Of a stretch of DNA of 64,000 nucleotides, positions 48,822-58,449 are shown in pieces. A program made the position numbers and the translations under genes. The stretch spans positions 61,885-125,884 of the forward strand of contig CANIFU010000001.1 of assembly GCA_947466965.1 (NCBI GenBank), read 5' to 3'. Source of the DNA: Bacteroidota bacterium (GTDB lineage Bacteria; Bacteroidota; Bacteroidia; 2-12-FULL-35-15). Each line of letters starts with the position of its first letter. Positions within the stretch are counted from its first letter, which is position 1. Under the pieces are notes generated by a model that saw nothing but the letters and a program-made list of their open reading frames with translations, was not told the DNA's origin and did not search any database.

Positions 48822-51800
48822 ATGAATAATTTGAGAAATCGTATACTTCTTCTTTCGTTACTTTTATTTAAAGTTTATTCGACTTTGAGTACCAACCTGT
48901 ATTGGGTTGGTGGCACCGGTGCATGGAATCAACCGAAACATTGGTCTTCAGTGAGTGGGGGAGTTTCTGGAACAATTATTCCTTCCATGAATGATAATGT
49001 ATTTTTTGATGAAAACTCATTTTTTGCTGATAAGCAGACAGTAATGGTTACCACCGATGCTGCCTGTAATTCAATCGATTGGACAGGAATTGATCAAAAG
49101 GCTGTTTTTTCTTGTAGTATTTCTAGGACTTTAACTGTTTATGGTTCCTATAAGCTATCGCCACTATTAATATCCGGCTTTAAAGGTAAAACAATCTTCT
49201 CTTCTTCTGCTTTTAATAATACTATTTCCACTGCAGGTAGAATGATCGTAGGTGATTGGGTGTTTAGTGGAAATGGATCATGGGTATTGCAGGACGATTT
49301 GTTGACAGGGAATCAGATATCCTTGAATTTATTACAGGGAGAATTAATTACGAATGGAAAAAAAGTGAATTGCGGCTATTTTACGGGCAATTCGGTACTT
49401 TTTAGAAGTTTGACGTTATCAAATTCAGAAATAACAGTTAAAAATAGTTGGGATTGTAGTATCTCAACTAATTTTACATTAGATCCCGGAACCTCTACAA
49501 TCATCTTTTCTGATTCAATCACGCATGATAATTTTAAAGATGGGAATTTGCGTTATGCCAACGTATCCACCGTTTCAGCATTAGGTTCTAATTCGGTTAC
49601 TTGTGTATTTGCGGGTATATTTACGATTACTTTAACTGCAGATAGCGTAACCTGTAATGGTTTAAATGATGGTTCAGTTTGTGCTGTAGTTACAGGTGGT
49701 TCCGGAACATTTTTGTATGATTGGAATTTTGTTGCAACACCGCTAGGTGATGGCACACCTTGTATTTCTTTACTTGGTTCGAGTACGAATACAGTTAAAG
49801 TTACGGACGTTGTTTCCGGATTGGTTCGTTTTTGCTCCATATCTGTAGGGGAGCCTCCTGTATTAAATGATTATGAAGTTTCGCATACTGAACCTTCTTG
49901 TTTTGGATTATGCAATGGTTTTATCGATGTAGATGAAACAGGGGGAACGCCTCCTTATACCTATGTGTGGTCTGGTGGTTTAGGAACAAATGATACCGCA
50001 TTAAATGTTTGTGCAGGAACCTATACCGCAACCGTTACTGATTCTAGAGGTTGTTCGGATGCTTCAGCAGTTGTTTTTGTAGATCAGCCTGCCTTGTTAG
50101 TTGCTCCAGGAACAGCTACCATGGTTAGTTGTAATTCATTTTGCGATGGCACTGCTGCTGTAATACCGTCGGGGGGAACAAGTCCTTACACTTATGATTG
50201 GACTCCCGGAAGCCCTATCGGTGATCTTACTCCTGCTATTTCTGCTTTGTGTATCGGAAGTTATTCTTGTACAGTAACCGATATAAATGGATGTATCGCT
50301 ACTTTTGATACAATTATAACACAGCCGCCTGTATTAACTCTGGCGATGTCTCATGTTAATGCAACTTGCGGTGGAGTGTGTGATGGCTCTGCTACAGCAA
50401 CTGTTTCGGGTGGAACCACGCCCTATATATTTACTTGGTCAAATGGTGCTGTCACCTCAACCGCTACTACTATAAATACAATTTCTGGCTTATGTGCCGG
50501 AACTTATATCGTTGTTATTACAGATGCTAATGGGTGCTCTAAAACAGATTCGGTTGTAGTTGCTGAACCTCCTGTATTGATTGCAACAGCAATTGGTACA
50601 AGTGTTTCTTGTTTTGGTATTTGCGACGGAACGGCTTCGGTAATTGTGGTTGGAGGCAATGGTGGAAATACATTCAATTGGTCACCAGGCACTCCTGTTG
50701 GCGATGGCACGGCTACTATCACAAGTCTTTGCCCAAATACATATTCTGTTACAGTAATCGATAATAATGGTTGTATTGATACGGGTGTTGTAGTTATTTC
50801 AGAACCAGCATTGTTACTTTCAAATCCGATTAGTACAAATGTATTATGCTTTGGTGCTTGCAATGGAACAGCAACTTCAATTCCTTCTGGTGGTACTCTT
50901 CCTTACTTATTTGATTGGACTCCAGGTGCTCCAATTGGAGATGGAACGCCCAGTATCACAGGGCTTTGTCCAAATACATATTCAGTTACCGTAACAGATG
51001 GAAATGGTTGTACAAATTCTCAAAGTGTGACAATAACACAACCGCTTGCTTTAAATGCTGGTTTATCGTTTACAAATGTAACGTGTAATGGAGCATGTGA
51101 TGGAACAGCAACCTCAACACCTTCTGGTGGAACAGCAGGTTATTCCTTCCTTTGGAATACAGGAGCTGTTACTTCTTCCATTTCAGGCTTATGTCCGGGT
51201 TCATATACTGTTACAGTTACTGATGCAAATTTTTGTACAACTTCTGCAACAGTTGTTATTTCACAACCAAATGTTTTAAGTGTCAGTGTTGCTGCCACTA
51301 CTTTGGCTTGTAACGGTGATTGTAATGCCGTTGCCGTTGCAACAATTTTAGGTGGTGCGGGTCCATTTACAATTGATTGGTCGCCTGCCTCTCCAATAGG
51401 TGATGGCACAACAACTATAAGCTCATTATGCGCCGGAACCTATAACGTAACCGTTACAGATAATAATGGTTGCCCAGCAAACGCGTCCAATACAATTTTA
51501 CAACCAACAATTTTAACATTAACTACTTCTTCTTCTGACGCAAGTTGTTTTGGAATTTGTAATGGAACTGCTGCCACTGTTGTTGGTGGTGGAACTCCTG
51601 GATATAGTTTTTCTTGGTCTCCTGGAGGACAAATAACTTCTTCTTTAACGTTACAGTGTGATGGAACATACACCGTAACTGCTACAGATTTAAATGGTTG
51701 TTCCATTTCAGATATAGTAACAATACTTGAACCAGCCCAATTGTTAGCAAACCCATCTGTCCTAAGCAATATTTCTTGTGTCGGTGTTATTCCATGTGAT

Positions 51801-54800
51801 GGTTCTGCAATTTCTAACCCTTCAGGTGGAACTGGTCCTTATACATTCGACTGGACACCAGGAACACCTACAGGTGATTTTACTTCAACTATTTCAGGTT
51901 TGTGCGCAGGAACATATAATGTTAATGTACTCGACTCCAATTTATGTTCTTCAACAATGCCTATAGTAATTTCGCAACCATTGGTATTAAGCGCACCTAT
52001 TTCTGGTTCTACCTCAAGTTGTAATGTTTGCAATGGAACTGCAACAGTAACTCCTGTGGGTGGAACACCTGGCTATTCTTTTTTATGGATGCCTACCGGA
52101 CAAACTACAGCAACAGCAACAGGTCTATGCCCCAATGTAACCTATACCGTAACTGTTACGGATGCGAATGGCTGTGTGGCTTCAAATACGATTACGATTC
52201 TTCAAACAATTTTAATCAGTATCACTACTTCTAATACTACGCTTAGTTGTTTTGGTGCGTGTGATGGTATTGCAACTGCAAATGCTTCAGGTGGAACAAT
52301 TCCTTATTCTTATGTGTGGACAGGTCCTTCAGGAATTGTTTCTTTATTACAAACAGCAACAGGACTTTGTGCGGGAACCTATACTGTTAATGTCTCTGAT
52401 GCAGCTGGTTGTTTAAATGCTGATACGGTTACATTTACAAATCCGCCACAACTTCTTGTATCTGCTTTAGGGACTAATTTAGATTGCGCTGGTGTTTGTT
52501 CAGGAACAGCAACAGCAACAACTACTGGTGGTATAGGAGTATATTCATTTTTATGGATGCCTGGTGGACAAACCACTGCCACTGCTACTGCTTTATGTGC
52601 TGGGACATATACAATAACTGTTACTGATGGAAATGCCTGTACTAGCAGTTCAACGGTCATTATAACTGAACCAACGCCTGTAGACGATGTTGAAACAATA
52701 ACGAATGCAAATTGCACATTTGCAGATGGCTCAATTTCTGTATTTCCAACTGGCGGTTTACCAGGATATGCTTTTAATTGGGGACCCGGAACTCCCACAG
52801 GAGATGGAACAGCAACAATAACAAATCTTCTAGCTGGTGCATACACTTTAGCAATTACAGATGCTTCGGGTTGTGTTTTTAATTTTAATTATTTACTTAA
52901 TAATATTTCTGGACCATCAGTTTCGATGGTTCATACAAATGTGTCTTGCAATAATGTTTGCGATGCCACAGCAACTGCCACAGCAACATTAGGTGCTGGC
53001 GGATATGTTTATGATTGGACTCCTGGTATACCAACTGGTGATGGTACTTCTACAATTACAGCATTGTGCGGTGGAATTACTTATACTGTTCAGGTAACTG
53101 ATGCTGCAGGTTGTATTACATTGGATACAACAGAAATACTAAATCCTGCTCTGATATCTCCTAATCCTACTGTGATAAATGAAAGTTGTGGTGGAACGTG
53201 TGATGGCAGTATTGCATTAGCTCCTTCTGGTGGTTCAGCTGGTTACACCTATTTGTGGAGTAATGGTGCAACAACTTCTTCTATAACCGGACTTTGTGCT
53301 GGTGTTTATTCCTTTACTGTAACAGATGCAAATGGCTGTGATTCTTCTTCATCAATCACTATAACTTCAGCACCAGCATTAATCGTAACATTGTCCTCCA
53401 CAAATGTATTGTGTAACAGTGCTTGTAATGGAACGGCAACCGCAACAGTTATTGGTGGTTCTGGTGCAGGAACGTATTCATATGTTTGGTCGCATGGTGG
53501 TGTATTTGTTTTACCAAATGTTGTAGGATTATGCCCGGGTAGTTATACAGTAAATGTTACAGATGGAAACTCTTGCTCAGCAGCAGATACAATAGTTATT
53601 ACCGAACCTTTAGCTTTAACTACTTCAACATCTCAAACCAATTCTTCTTGTTTTGGTATATGCGATGGAGAAGCTGTTGTAACTGCAAGTGGAGGTAGCG
53701 TTCCATATTTTTATTTATGGGCACCTGGTGCAATAGCGAATGATACTGCATCAGGATTATGTGCAGGTAGTTACAATGCTACAGTTACCGATTTTAATGG
53801 TTGTGTTTCTAATACTACGGCTGTTTTAATTACGGAACCTGCTTCTATCCTCCCCAATGCTGTTGCCACTAATCCTTTATGTAATTCTATTTGTAATGGA
53901 ACGGCAACTGCAAATCCTACAGGAGGTTCAGGCATTTATACATATAGTTGGAATACAATTCCTGTTCAAACCACACAAACTGCCATTGGATTGTGTTCAG
54001 GTAGTTATATTGTAACTGTTGATGATGGTAATTGTTCCGCAACTCAAAATATAGCGTTAGTTGATCCTCCCTTATTAAATGCGAATCCTAGTTTTACTTC
54101 ACCAACTTGTTCAGATGATTGCGATGGAAGCGTTACAGCAAATCCTCTTGGTGGAACCGGTACATTTTCATATTCGTGGTCTCCGGGTGGATTCACTTCA
54201 CAAACTGTAAATAGTTTATGTCCGAATGTTTATTCCGTTATTGTTGCTGATGCAAACGGTTGTAAGGATACTGTCGATGTTACTTTAGTAAATACTTTTC
54301 CAATTGATATTATTGTTGGAAGTGCTCCAGCAAATTGCGGTGCTTGTGATGGATCTATTTCTGTTACCCCAATCACAGGAACAGCACCATATACATATAT
54401 ATGGACAATAGGAGGTGTAGCTCCTCCGCTTCCTTTTGCCGGTAACGGAACATCAACCGTTTCAAATGTTTGTGCTGGTTTATACGATGTATTAGTGACT
54501 GATGCAAATGGATGCGATTCTTTATTTACTATTCCTATGAACAACTCAAGTGGTGCTTCAGGTGAAACGGTAAATTCGACAATTACAACTTGTAATGGTG
54601 TTTGTGATGGAGCAGGTTCTGTTACACCTATCGGAGGAACTGCTCCCTATTCTTTTTTATGGAATGACGGACCTGCAACATCAATTGATACAGCATTTAA
54701 TTTGTGTGCAGGAAATTATTTTGTACAGGTAACTGATGCTACCGGATGTATTCATTTTAGTCCAGTTACTATAAGCGAACCCTCACCGATTCTTTCGAAT

Positions 54801-57389
54801 GAAATTATTACAAGTGCATCTTGTAGTAGTATCTGTACTGGCGCTATTAACGTTTCACCTTCCGGTGGGAACGGTGGCTATACTTATTTATGGTCACCAG
54901 GATTAATTGCCGGACAAGGTACCTCGAGTGTTTCTGCATTGTGTTCAGGAACTTATACGTTAACCATTACTGATGTAAATTTGTGTACTCAGGTGGATTC
55001 CTTTTCCGTTGGTCAATCTTCTCCGCTTTCTGCTGTAATTGGAACTACAAATATTTCTTGTTCTAATGTTTGTAGTGGTTTAGCATATGTTACAATCTCT
55101 TCGGGCACACCTCCATATTCAATTCAATGGAACGACGCATTCGGCCAAACAAATGATACGGCATCCGCTTTATGTGAAGGTAATTACTCTGTTGAAATTA
55201 CGGATGCATTAGGTTGTACTATTACTTTAAACACAACTATAACAGCTACCTCAGCTGTTGTTGCCAATGCCTCTATTACTGGAGCTTCTTGTGGTTTGTG
55301 TGATGGAAGCGTCATTCTTGCTCCTTCTGGTGGAACTGCCGGATATACTTATCTTTGGAGTAACGGACAAACAACTTCTTCTGCTTCAGCATTGTGTTCG
55401 GGTTTATATACCGTTGAAATTACAGATGCTAACGGTTGTGTAACAAATGTTTCTATTCCTGTAAATAATACAAGCGGACCAACTAGTGCGACAATTTCGG
55501 CTACAGCTATTTCATGTAGCGGATCTTGTAATGGTGCTGTAACTGCAGTTTCTCCAATAGGTGGAACAGCTCCTTATTCCTACTTGTGGATTGCATCCGG
55601 ACAAACAACATCTTCGCTTACAAATTTATGTGCCGGTATCTATTTTGTCCAGATTACCGATACCAATGGTTGTTCTTTAATAGATTCTGTTATTATTACT
55701 GAACCTTCTGCCATTTCAGCCAATCAGATTATTACTGCTGCCTCCTGCGGTGTATGTGATGGCTCTATCAATATTGCCCCAAGTGGAGGAACAGCTCCAT
55801 ATGCAATTTTATGGAATACGGGTTCTACTTCTTTATCCTTGATTAATTTATGTGCCGGTATTTATTCTGTTGATATTACTGATGCAACGGGTTGTGTTCA
55901 AAATGTAACTATTCCTTTAAACAGTCAGAATGGTCCAACTTTAGTTGCTTCTTCAACTTCTGTTACATGCAATGGTTCTTGTAATGCATCCGGATCAGTT
56001 GCTGCAACAGGGTTTTCCCCTTTCGTTTACCTTTGGGATGATGCCGCACTTCAAACAACTGCTGTTACTACTTCAACACTTTGTGCAGGATTATATTTTG
56101 TTCAGGTAACAGATGCAGCAGGTTGTGTTTCTGTCGCATTTACGAATGTAACTGAACCGGATACAATTGGATTTAGCGTTGCAAATGCTATTAATCCGTT
56201 GTGTAATGGAAATGCAAATGGTTCAATTACTGTTATTCCTTCAGGCGGAACATTATCTTATTCATACAATTGGACCCCGGCTCCTGCACTCGGACAAACA
56301 ACAGCAACTGCTAGCGGATTGAATGCGAATACATATATTGTAACTGTAACCGATGCCAATGCTTGTGTTTCAACTCAGACAACCACTTTAACAAGTCCGG
56401 TTGCTTTAACAATAAGTAGCACATTTGTTCCTTCGAGTTGTAATACAATTCCTGATGGTTCAATTGATGTGACTGTTGTTGGCGGAACTCTTCCTTATTT
56501 ATATCAATGGACTGGTGCCTCTTCAGCAACTTCAGAAGATCTTATTGCTGTTTTAAGCGGAACGTATACAATTACTGTAACAGATACTAATTCCTGCTCA
56601 ATCGCAGATACTGTATTATTATTGTCAAATCAAACCGTTAATGCAGTTGCCGGTAATGATACGACTTATTGTGCCTCAGGTTCAATCACATTGGATGGTT
56701 CTACAAGTATTAACGGAATATCATTTCAATGGTTTGATATGACGAATACATTGTTGGGTTCAAGTGCAACATTAGCATTAAATCCTCCTGCTGGCACGAA
56801 CAGTTTTTATTTAATTGTTGATAATGGAACAGGTTGTTCCGATAGCGATACGGTCAATGTGACTGCTAATCCTTTACCGCTTGTAAATGCAGGAACCGAT
56901 GTGACTATTGTTATAGGTGCAAGTACCACCCTTGGTGGAACTCCTACAACGAATGTTGTTGGGGGTATTATAAATTGGACGCCAGTTCCAGGAGCATTGA
57001 ATAACCCGGCAGTTTCAAATCCTATTGCAGCACCTATCGCAACTACTTCGTATACTGTAACTGTTACTTCCTTGGAAGGTTGTATTGCAAGCGATTCTGT
57101 TGTTGTTACTATTCTTCCTGGAATTGTTTTTCCTGATGGTATTTCTCCGAATGCAGATGGTGCAAACGATGAATGGATTATTGATGGAATTGATTTATTT
57201 CCCGAATGTCTGGTGGAAGTATATAATAGATGGGGTGAATTATTATTCCAATCCATTGGATATAAAGAAAATTGGGATGGATCATATAAAGGAAAACCTT
57301 TACCTGTTGGAACATATTATTATATAATTGATTTAAAAGACCCATTGTTTCCGGATGCTTATACCGGACCAATAACGATCATGCGATAA
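48822..57389 (+). CDS. Giant (2855 aa) SprB-repeat cell-surface adhesin with a T9SS type B C-terminal sorting domain
   Basis: Signal peptide and N-terminal YWVGGTGAWNQPKHWS..SGG module. About 30 tandem repeats of about 78 aa with the pattern C.G.C(D/N)G.A...P.GG..PY.(F/Y).W...........LC.G.Y.V.VTD.NGC. C-terminal FPDGISPNADGANDEWII...VYNRWGELLF...WDG.YKGKPLPVGTYYYII. Confidence 0.92.
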   Translation: MNNLRNRILLLSLLLFKVYSTLSTNLYWVGGTGAWNQPKHWSSVSGGVSGTIIPSMNDNVFFDENSFFADKQTVMVTTDAACNSIDWTGIDQKAVFSCSISRTLTVYGSYKLSPLLISGFKGKTIFSSSAFNNTISTAGRMIVGDWVFSGNGSWVLQDDLLTGNQISLNLLQGELITNGKKVNCGYFTGNSVLFRSLTLSNSEITVKNSWDCSISTNFTLDPGTSTIIFSDSITHDNFKDGNLRYANVSTVSALGSNSVTCVFAGIFTITLTADSVTCNGLNDGSVCAVVTGGSGTFLYDWNFVATPLGDGTPCISLLGSSTNTVKVTDVVSGLVRFCSISVGEPPVLNDYEVSHTEPSCFGLCNGFIDVDETGGTPPYTYVWSGGLGTNDTALNVCAGTYTATVTDSRGCSDASAVVFVDQPALLVAPGTATMVSCNSFCDGTAAVIPSGGTSPYTYDWTPGSPIGDLTPAISALCIGSYSCTVTDINGCIATFDTIITQPPVLTLAMSHVNATCGGVCDGSATATVSGGTTPYIFTWSNGAVTSTATTINTISGLCAGTYIVVITDANGCSKTDSVVVAEPPVLIATAIGTSVSCFGICDGTASVIVVGGNGGNTFNWSPGTPVGDGTATITSLCPNTYSVTVIDNNGCIDTGVVVISEPALLLSNPISTNVLCFGACNGTATSIPSGGTLPYLFDWTPGAPIGDGTPSITGLCPNTYSVTVTDGNGCTNSQSVTITQPLALNAGLSFTNVTCNGACDGTATSTPSGGTAGYSFLWNTGAVTSSISGLCPGSYTVTVTDANFCTTSATVVISQPNVLSVSVAATTLACNGDCNAVAVATILGGAGPFTIDWSPASPIGDGTTTISSLCAGTYNVTVTDNNGCPANASNTILQPTILTLTTSSSDASCFGICNGTAATVVGGGTPGYSFSWSPGGQITSSLTLQCDGTYTVTATDLNGCSISDIVTILEPAQLLANPSVLSNISCVGVIPCDGSAISNPSGGTGPYTFDWTPGTPTGDFTSTISGLCAGTYNVNVLDSNLCSSTMPIVISQPLVLSAPISGSTSSCNVCNGTATVTPVGGTPGYSFLWMPTGQTTATATGLCPNVTYTVTVTDANGCVASNTITILQTILISITTSNTTLSCFGACDGIATANASGGTIPYSYVWTGPSGIVSLLQTATGLCAGTYTVNVSDAAGCLNADTVTFTNPPQLLVSALGTNLDCAGVCSGTATATTTGGIGVYSFLWMPGGQTTATATALCAGTYTITVTDGNACTSSSTVIITEPTPVDDVETITNANCTFADGSISVFPTGGLPGYAFNWGPGTPTGDGTATITNLLAGAYTLAITDASGCVFNFNYLLNNISGPSVSMVHTNVSCNNVCDATATATATLGAGGYVYDWTPGIPTGDGTSTITALCGGITYTVQVTDAAGCITLDTTEILNPALISPNPTVINESCGGTCDGSIALAPSGGSAGYTYLWSNGATTSSITGLCAGVYSFTVTDANGCDSSSSITITSAPALIVTLSSTNVLCNSACNGTATATVIGGSGAGTYSYVWSHGGVFVLPNVVGLCPGSYTVNVTDGNSCSAADTIVITEPLALTTSTSQTNSSCFGICDGEAVVTASGGSVPYFYLWAPGAIANDTASGLCAGSYNATVTDFNGCVSNTTAVLITEPASILPNAVATNPLCNSICNGTATANPTGGSGIYTYSWNTIPVQTTQTAIGLCSGSYIVTVDDGNCSATQNIALVDPPLLNANPSFTSPTCSDDCDGSVTANPLGGTGTFSYSWSPGGFTSQTVNSLCPNVYSVIVADANGCKDTVDVTLVNTFPIDIIVGSAPANCGACDGSISVTPITGTAPYTYIWTIGGVAPPLPFAGNGTSTVSNVCAGLYDVLVTDANGCDSLFTIPMNNSSGASGETVNSTITTCNGVCDGAGSVTPIGGTAPYSFLWNDGPATSIDTAFNLCAGNYFVQVTDATGCIHFSPVTISEPSPILSNEIITSASCSSICTGAINVSPSGGNGGYTYLWSPGLIAGQGTSSVSALCSGTYTLTITDVNLCTQVDSFSVGQSSPLSAVIGTTNISCSNVCSGLAYVTISSGTPPYSIQWNDAFGQTNDTASALCEGNYSVEITDALGCTITLNTTITATSAVVANASITGASCGLCDGSVILAPSGGTAGYTYLWSNGQTTSSASALCSGLYTVEITDANGCVTNVSIPVNNTSGPTSATISATAISCSGSCNGAVTAVSPIGGTAPYSYLWIASGQTTSSLTNLCAGIYFVQITDTNGCSLIDSVIITEPSAISANQIITAASCGVCDGSINIAPSGGTAPYAILWNTGSTSLSLINLCAGIYSVDITDATGCVQNVTIPLNSQNGPTLVASSTSVTCNGSCNASGSVAATGFSPFVYLWDDAALQTTAVTTSTLCAGLYFVQVTDAAGCVSVAFTNVTEPDTIGFSVANAINPLCNGNANGSITVIPSGGTLSYSYNWTPAPALGQTTATASGLNANTYIVTVTDANACVSTQTTTLTSPVALTISSTFVPSSCNTIPDGSIDVTVVGGTLPYLYQWTGASSATSEDLIAVLSGTYTITVTDTNSCSIADTVLLLSNQTVNAVAGNDTTYCASGSITLDGSTSINGISFQWFDMTNTLLGSSATLALNPPAGTNSFYLIVDNGTGCSDSDTVNVTANPLPLVNAGTDVTIVIGASTTLGGTPTTNVVGGIINWTPVPGALNNPAVSNPIAAPIATTSYTVTVTSLEGCIASDSVVVTILPGIVFPDGISPNADGANDEWIIDGIDLFPECLVEVYNRWGELLFQSIGYKENWDGSYKGKPLPVGTYYYIIDLKDPLFPDAYTGPITIMR
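49640..56625 (+). repeat. Array of about 30 tandem coding repeats (SprB-type, about 233 nt each) inside the giant adhesin gene
   Basis: I counted 30 occurrences of the Cys-x-Gly-x-Cys-Asp/Asn-Gly ... GG-x-x-P/G-Y-x-F/Y-x-W ... VTD-x-NGC pattern in the translation. Copies have diverged at the DNA level. Confidence 0.9.
57118..57386 (+). other. T9SS type B (gliding-motility-associated, CHU_C-like) C-terminal sorting domain
   Basis: GIVFPDGISPNADGANDEWIIDGIDLFPECLVEVYNRWGELLFQS..YKENWDGSYKGKPLPVGTYYYIIDL. Confidence 0.85.
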
Positions 57390-58315
57390 TGAAAAAAATC
57401 TACTACATACTTTTTTTTATTTTAGTGAGCTTTGTTGCAAATGCGCAGCAATTGCCTCAGTATAGTAATTATATGGTAAACGATTATGTAATGAATCCTG
57501 CTATTGGTGGAAGTAATCCCTATTTTGAAGCGAAATCAAACAACCGTTACCAATGGATTGGCATTACAGATGCTCCCCGCACCTATATTTTAAGTGTACA
57601 GGGTCCTACCAAAAATCTTAAAATGGGATTAGGTGGATTATTGTTTACCGATATTGTTGGACCAACTCGCAGAACAGGAATTTATCTTTCATATGCCTAT
57701 CATTTAAAAGTATCTGAAAAAGTAAAAGTATCATTAGGCCTTTCAGGTGGATTGTTGCAATTCACAGTTGACGGTTCTAAGATCACTTTGCGTGATCCTT
57801 CGGATTTGGTTATTAGCAATGGGATACAATCGGTATTGATGCCCGATTTTGGTGCGGGTGTTTATGTGTATTCTACCGATAAAAAATGGTATGTTGGTGC
57901 AAGTGTTCCACAAATATTACAGAACAAAATAAACTTCTTTGATAATTCAACTACTTCTCTTAGCAAATTAGCGACCCACTTTTATGCTTCTGCAGGTTAT
58001 AAATTCAATTTAAACGATAATTTCAAAATAGAACCTTCTACTTGCATTAAATATGTGAAACCGGCTCCATTGCAATTTGATATCGGCTTAAGAGCAATCT
58101 ATCAGGAAAAAATATGGATAGGTGGTGCCTTTCGATATTTAGATGCCGTTTCTGCAATGGTTGGATACGTGATGCAAGGGAATATTACGTTTGCATATTC
58201 GTATGATTTTACGTTGACGAATATTAAAAAATACAGTACTGGAACGCATGAGCTAATGATTGGTATTAAATTTCATAAAGTAAAAAATAGTAATGATAAT
58301 TTAAAAACAGAGTAG
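57389..58315 (+). CDS. PorP/SprF-family type IX secretion system membrane protein
   Basis: Signal peptide, then AQQLPQYSNYMVNDYVMNPAIGG (the hallmark N-terminus of PorP/SprF), a beta-barrel pattern, and ...GTHELMIGIKF near the C-terminus. Its ATG shares 1 nt with the adhesin stop (TAATG). Confidence 0.88.
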   Translation: MKKIYYILFFILVSFVANAQQLPQYSNYMVNDYVMNPAIGGSNPYFEAKSNNRYQWIGITDAPRTYILSVQGPTKNLKMGLGGLLFTDIVGPTRRTGIYLSYAYHLKVSEKVKVSLGLSGGLLQFTVDGSKITLRDPSDLVISNGIQSVLMPDFGAGVYVYSTDKKWYVGASVPQILQNKINFFDNSTTSLSKLATHFYASAGYKFNLNDNFKIEPSTCIKYVKPAPLQFDIGLRAIYQEKIWIGGAFRYLDAVSAMVGYVMQGNITFAYSYDFTLTNIKKYSTGTHELMIGIKFHKVKNSNDNLKTE

Positions 58316-58335
58316 TTCAATTTTTTGAAAAATAT

Positions 58336-58375
58336 AATCCCGTTTTTTCTTATTGAATTACGGGATTTATTTTTT
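58336..58375 (+). terminator. Hairpin and T-run after the PorP/SprF gene
   Basis: AATCCCGT-(16 nt)-ACGGGATT followed by TATTTTTT. Confidence 0.5.
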
Positions 58376-58449
58376 ACTTTTTATATGACACCCATCATAG
58401 TATTGATCTCTTCTCAAGTCTGTTTTATAATAAAGTTTATATTTGTTCT

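Noticed and set aside
49640-56625. Tandem repeat array considered as a CRISPR array or satellite.
   Set aside because: The period is about 233 nt, the copies are diverged, there is no repeat-spacer structure, and everything lies in one long ORF. These are protein-domain repeats.
49553-57372. Many long antisense or off-frame ORFs inside the giant adhesin gene, for example 50504-50863, 52379-52846 and 56807-57256 on the minus strand and 51088-51279 on the plus strand.
   Set aside because: They are shadows of a Gly/Thr/Ser/Ala/Val-rich repeat coding sequence whose complement is depleted in stop codons. They have no start context, and the sense frame is uninterrupted for 8.6 kb with clear domain grammar.
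58438-58445. TAtaTTTG promoter-like box 4 nt upstream of the ATG at 58450.
   Set aside because: It is too close to the annotated start to serve as its -7 box, since transcription would begin at or past the ATG. Either it is fortuitous in AT-rich DNA or the true start is downstream. This cannot be decided from sequence.
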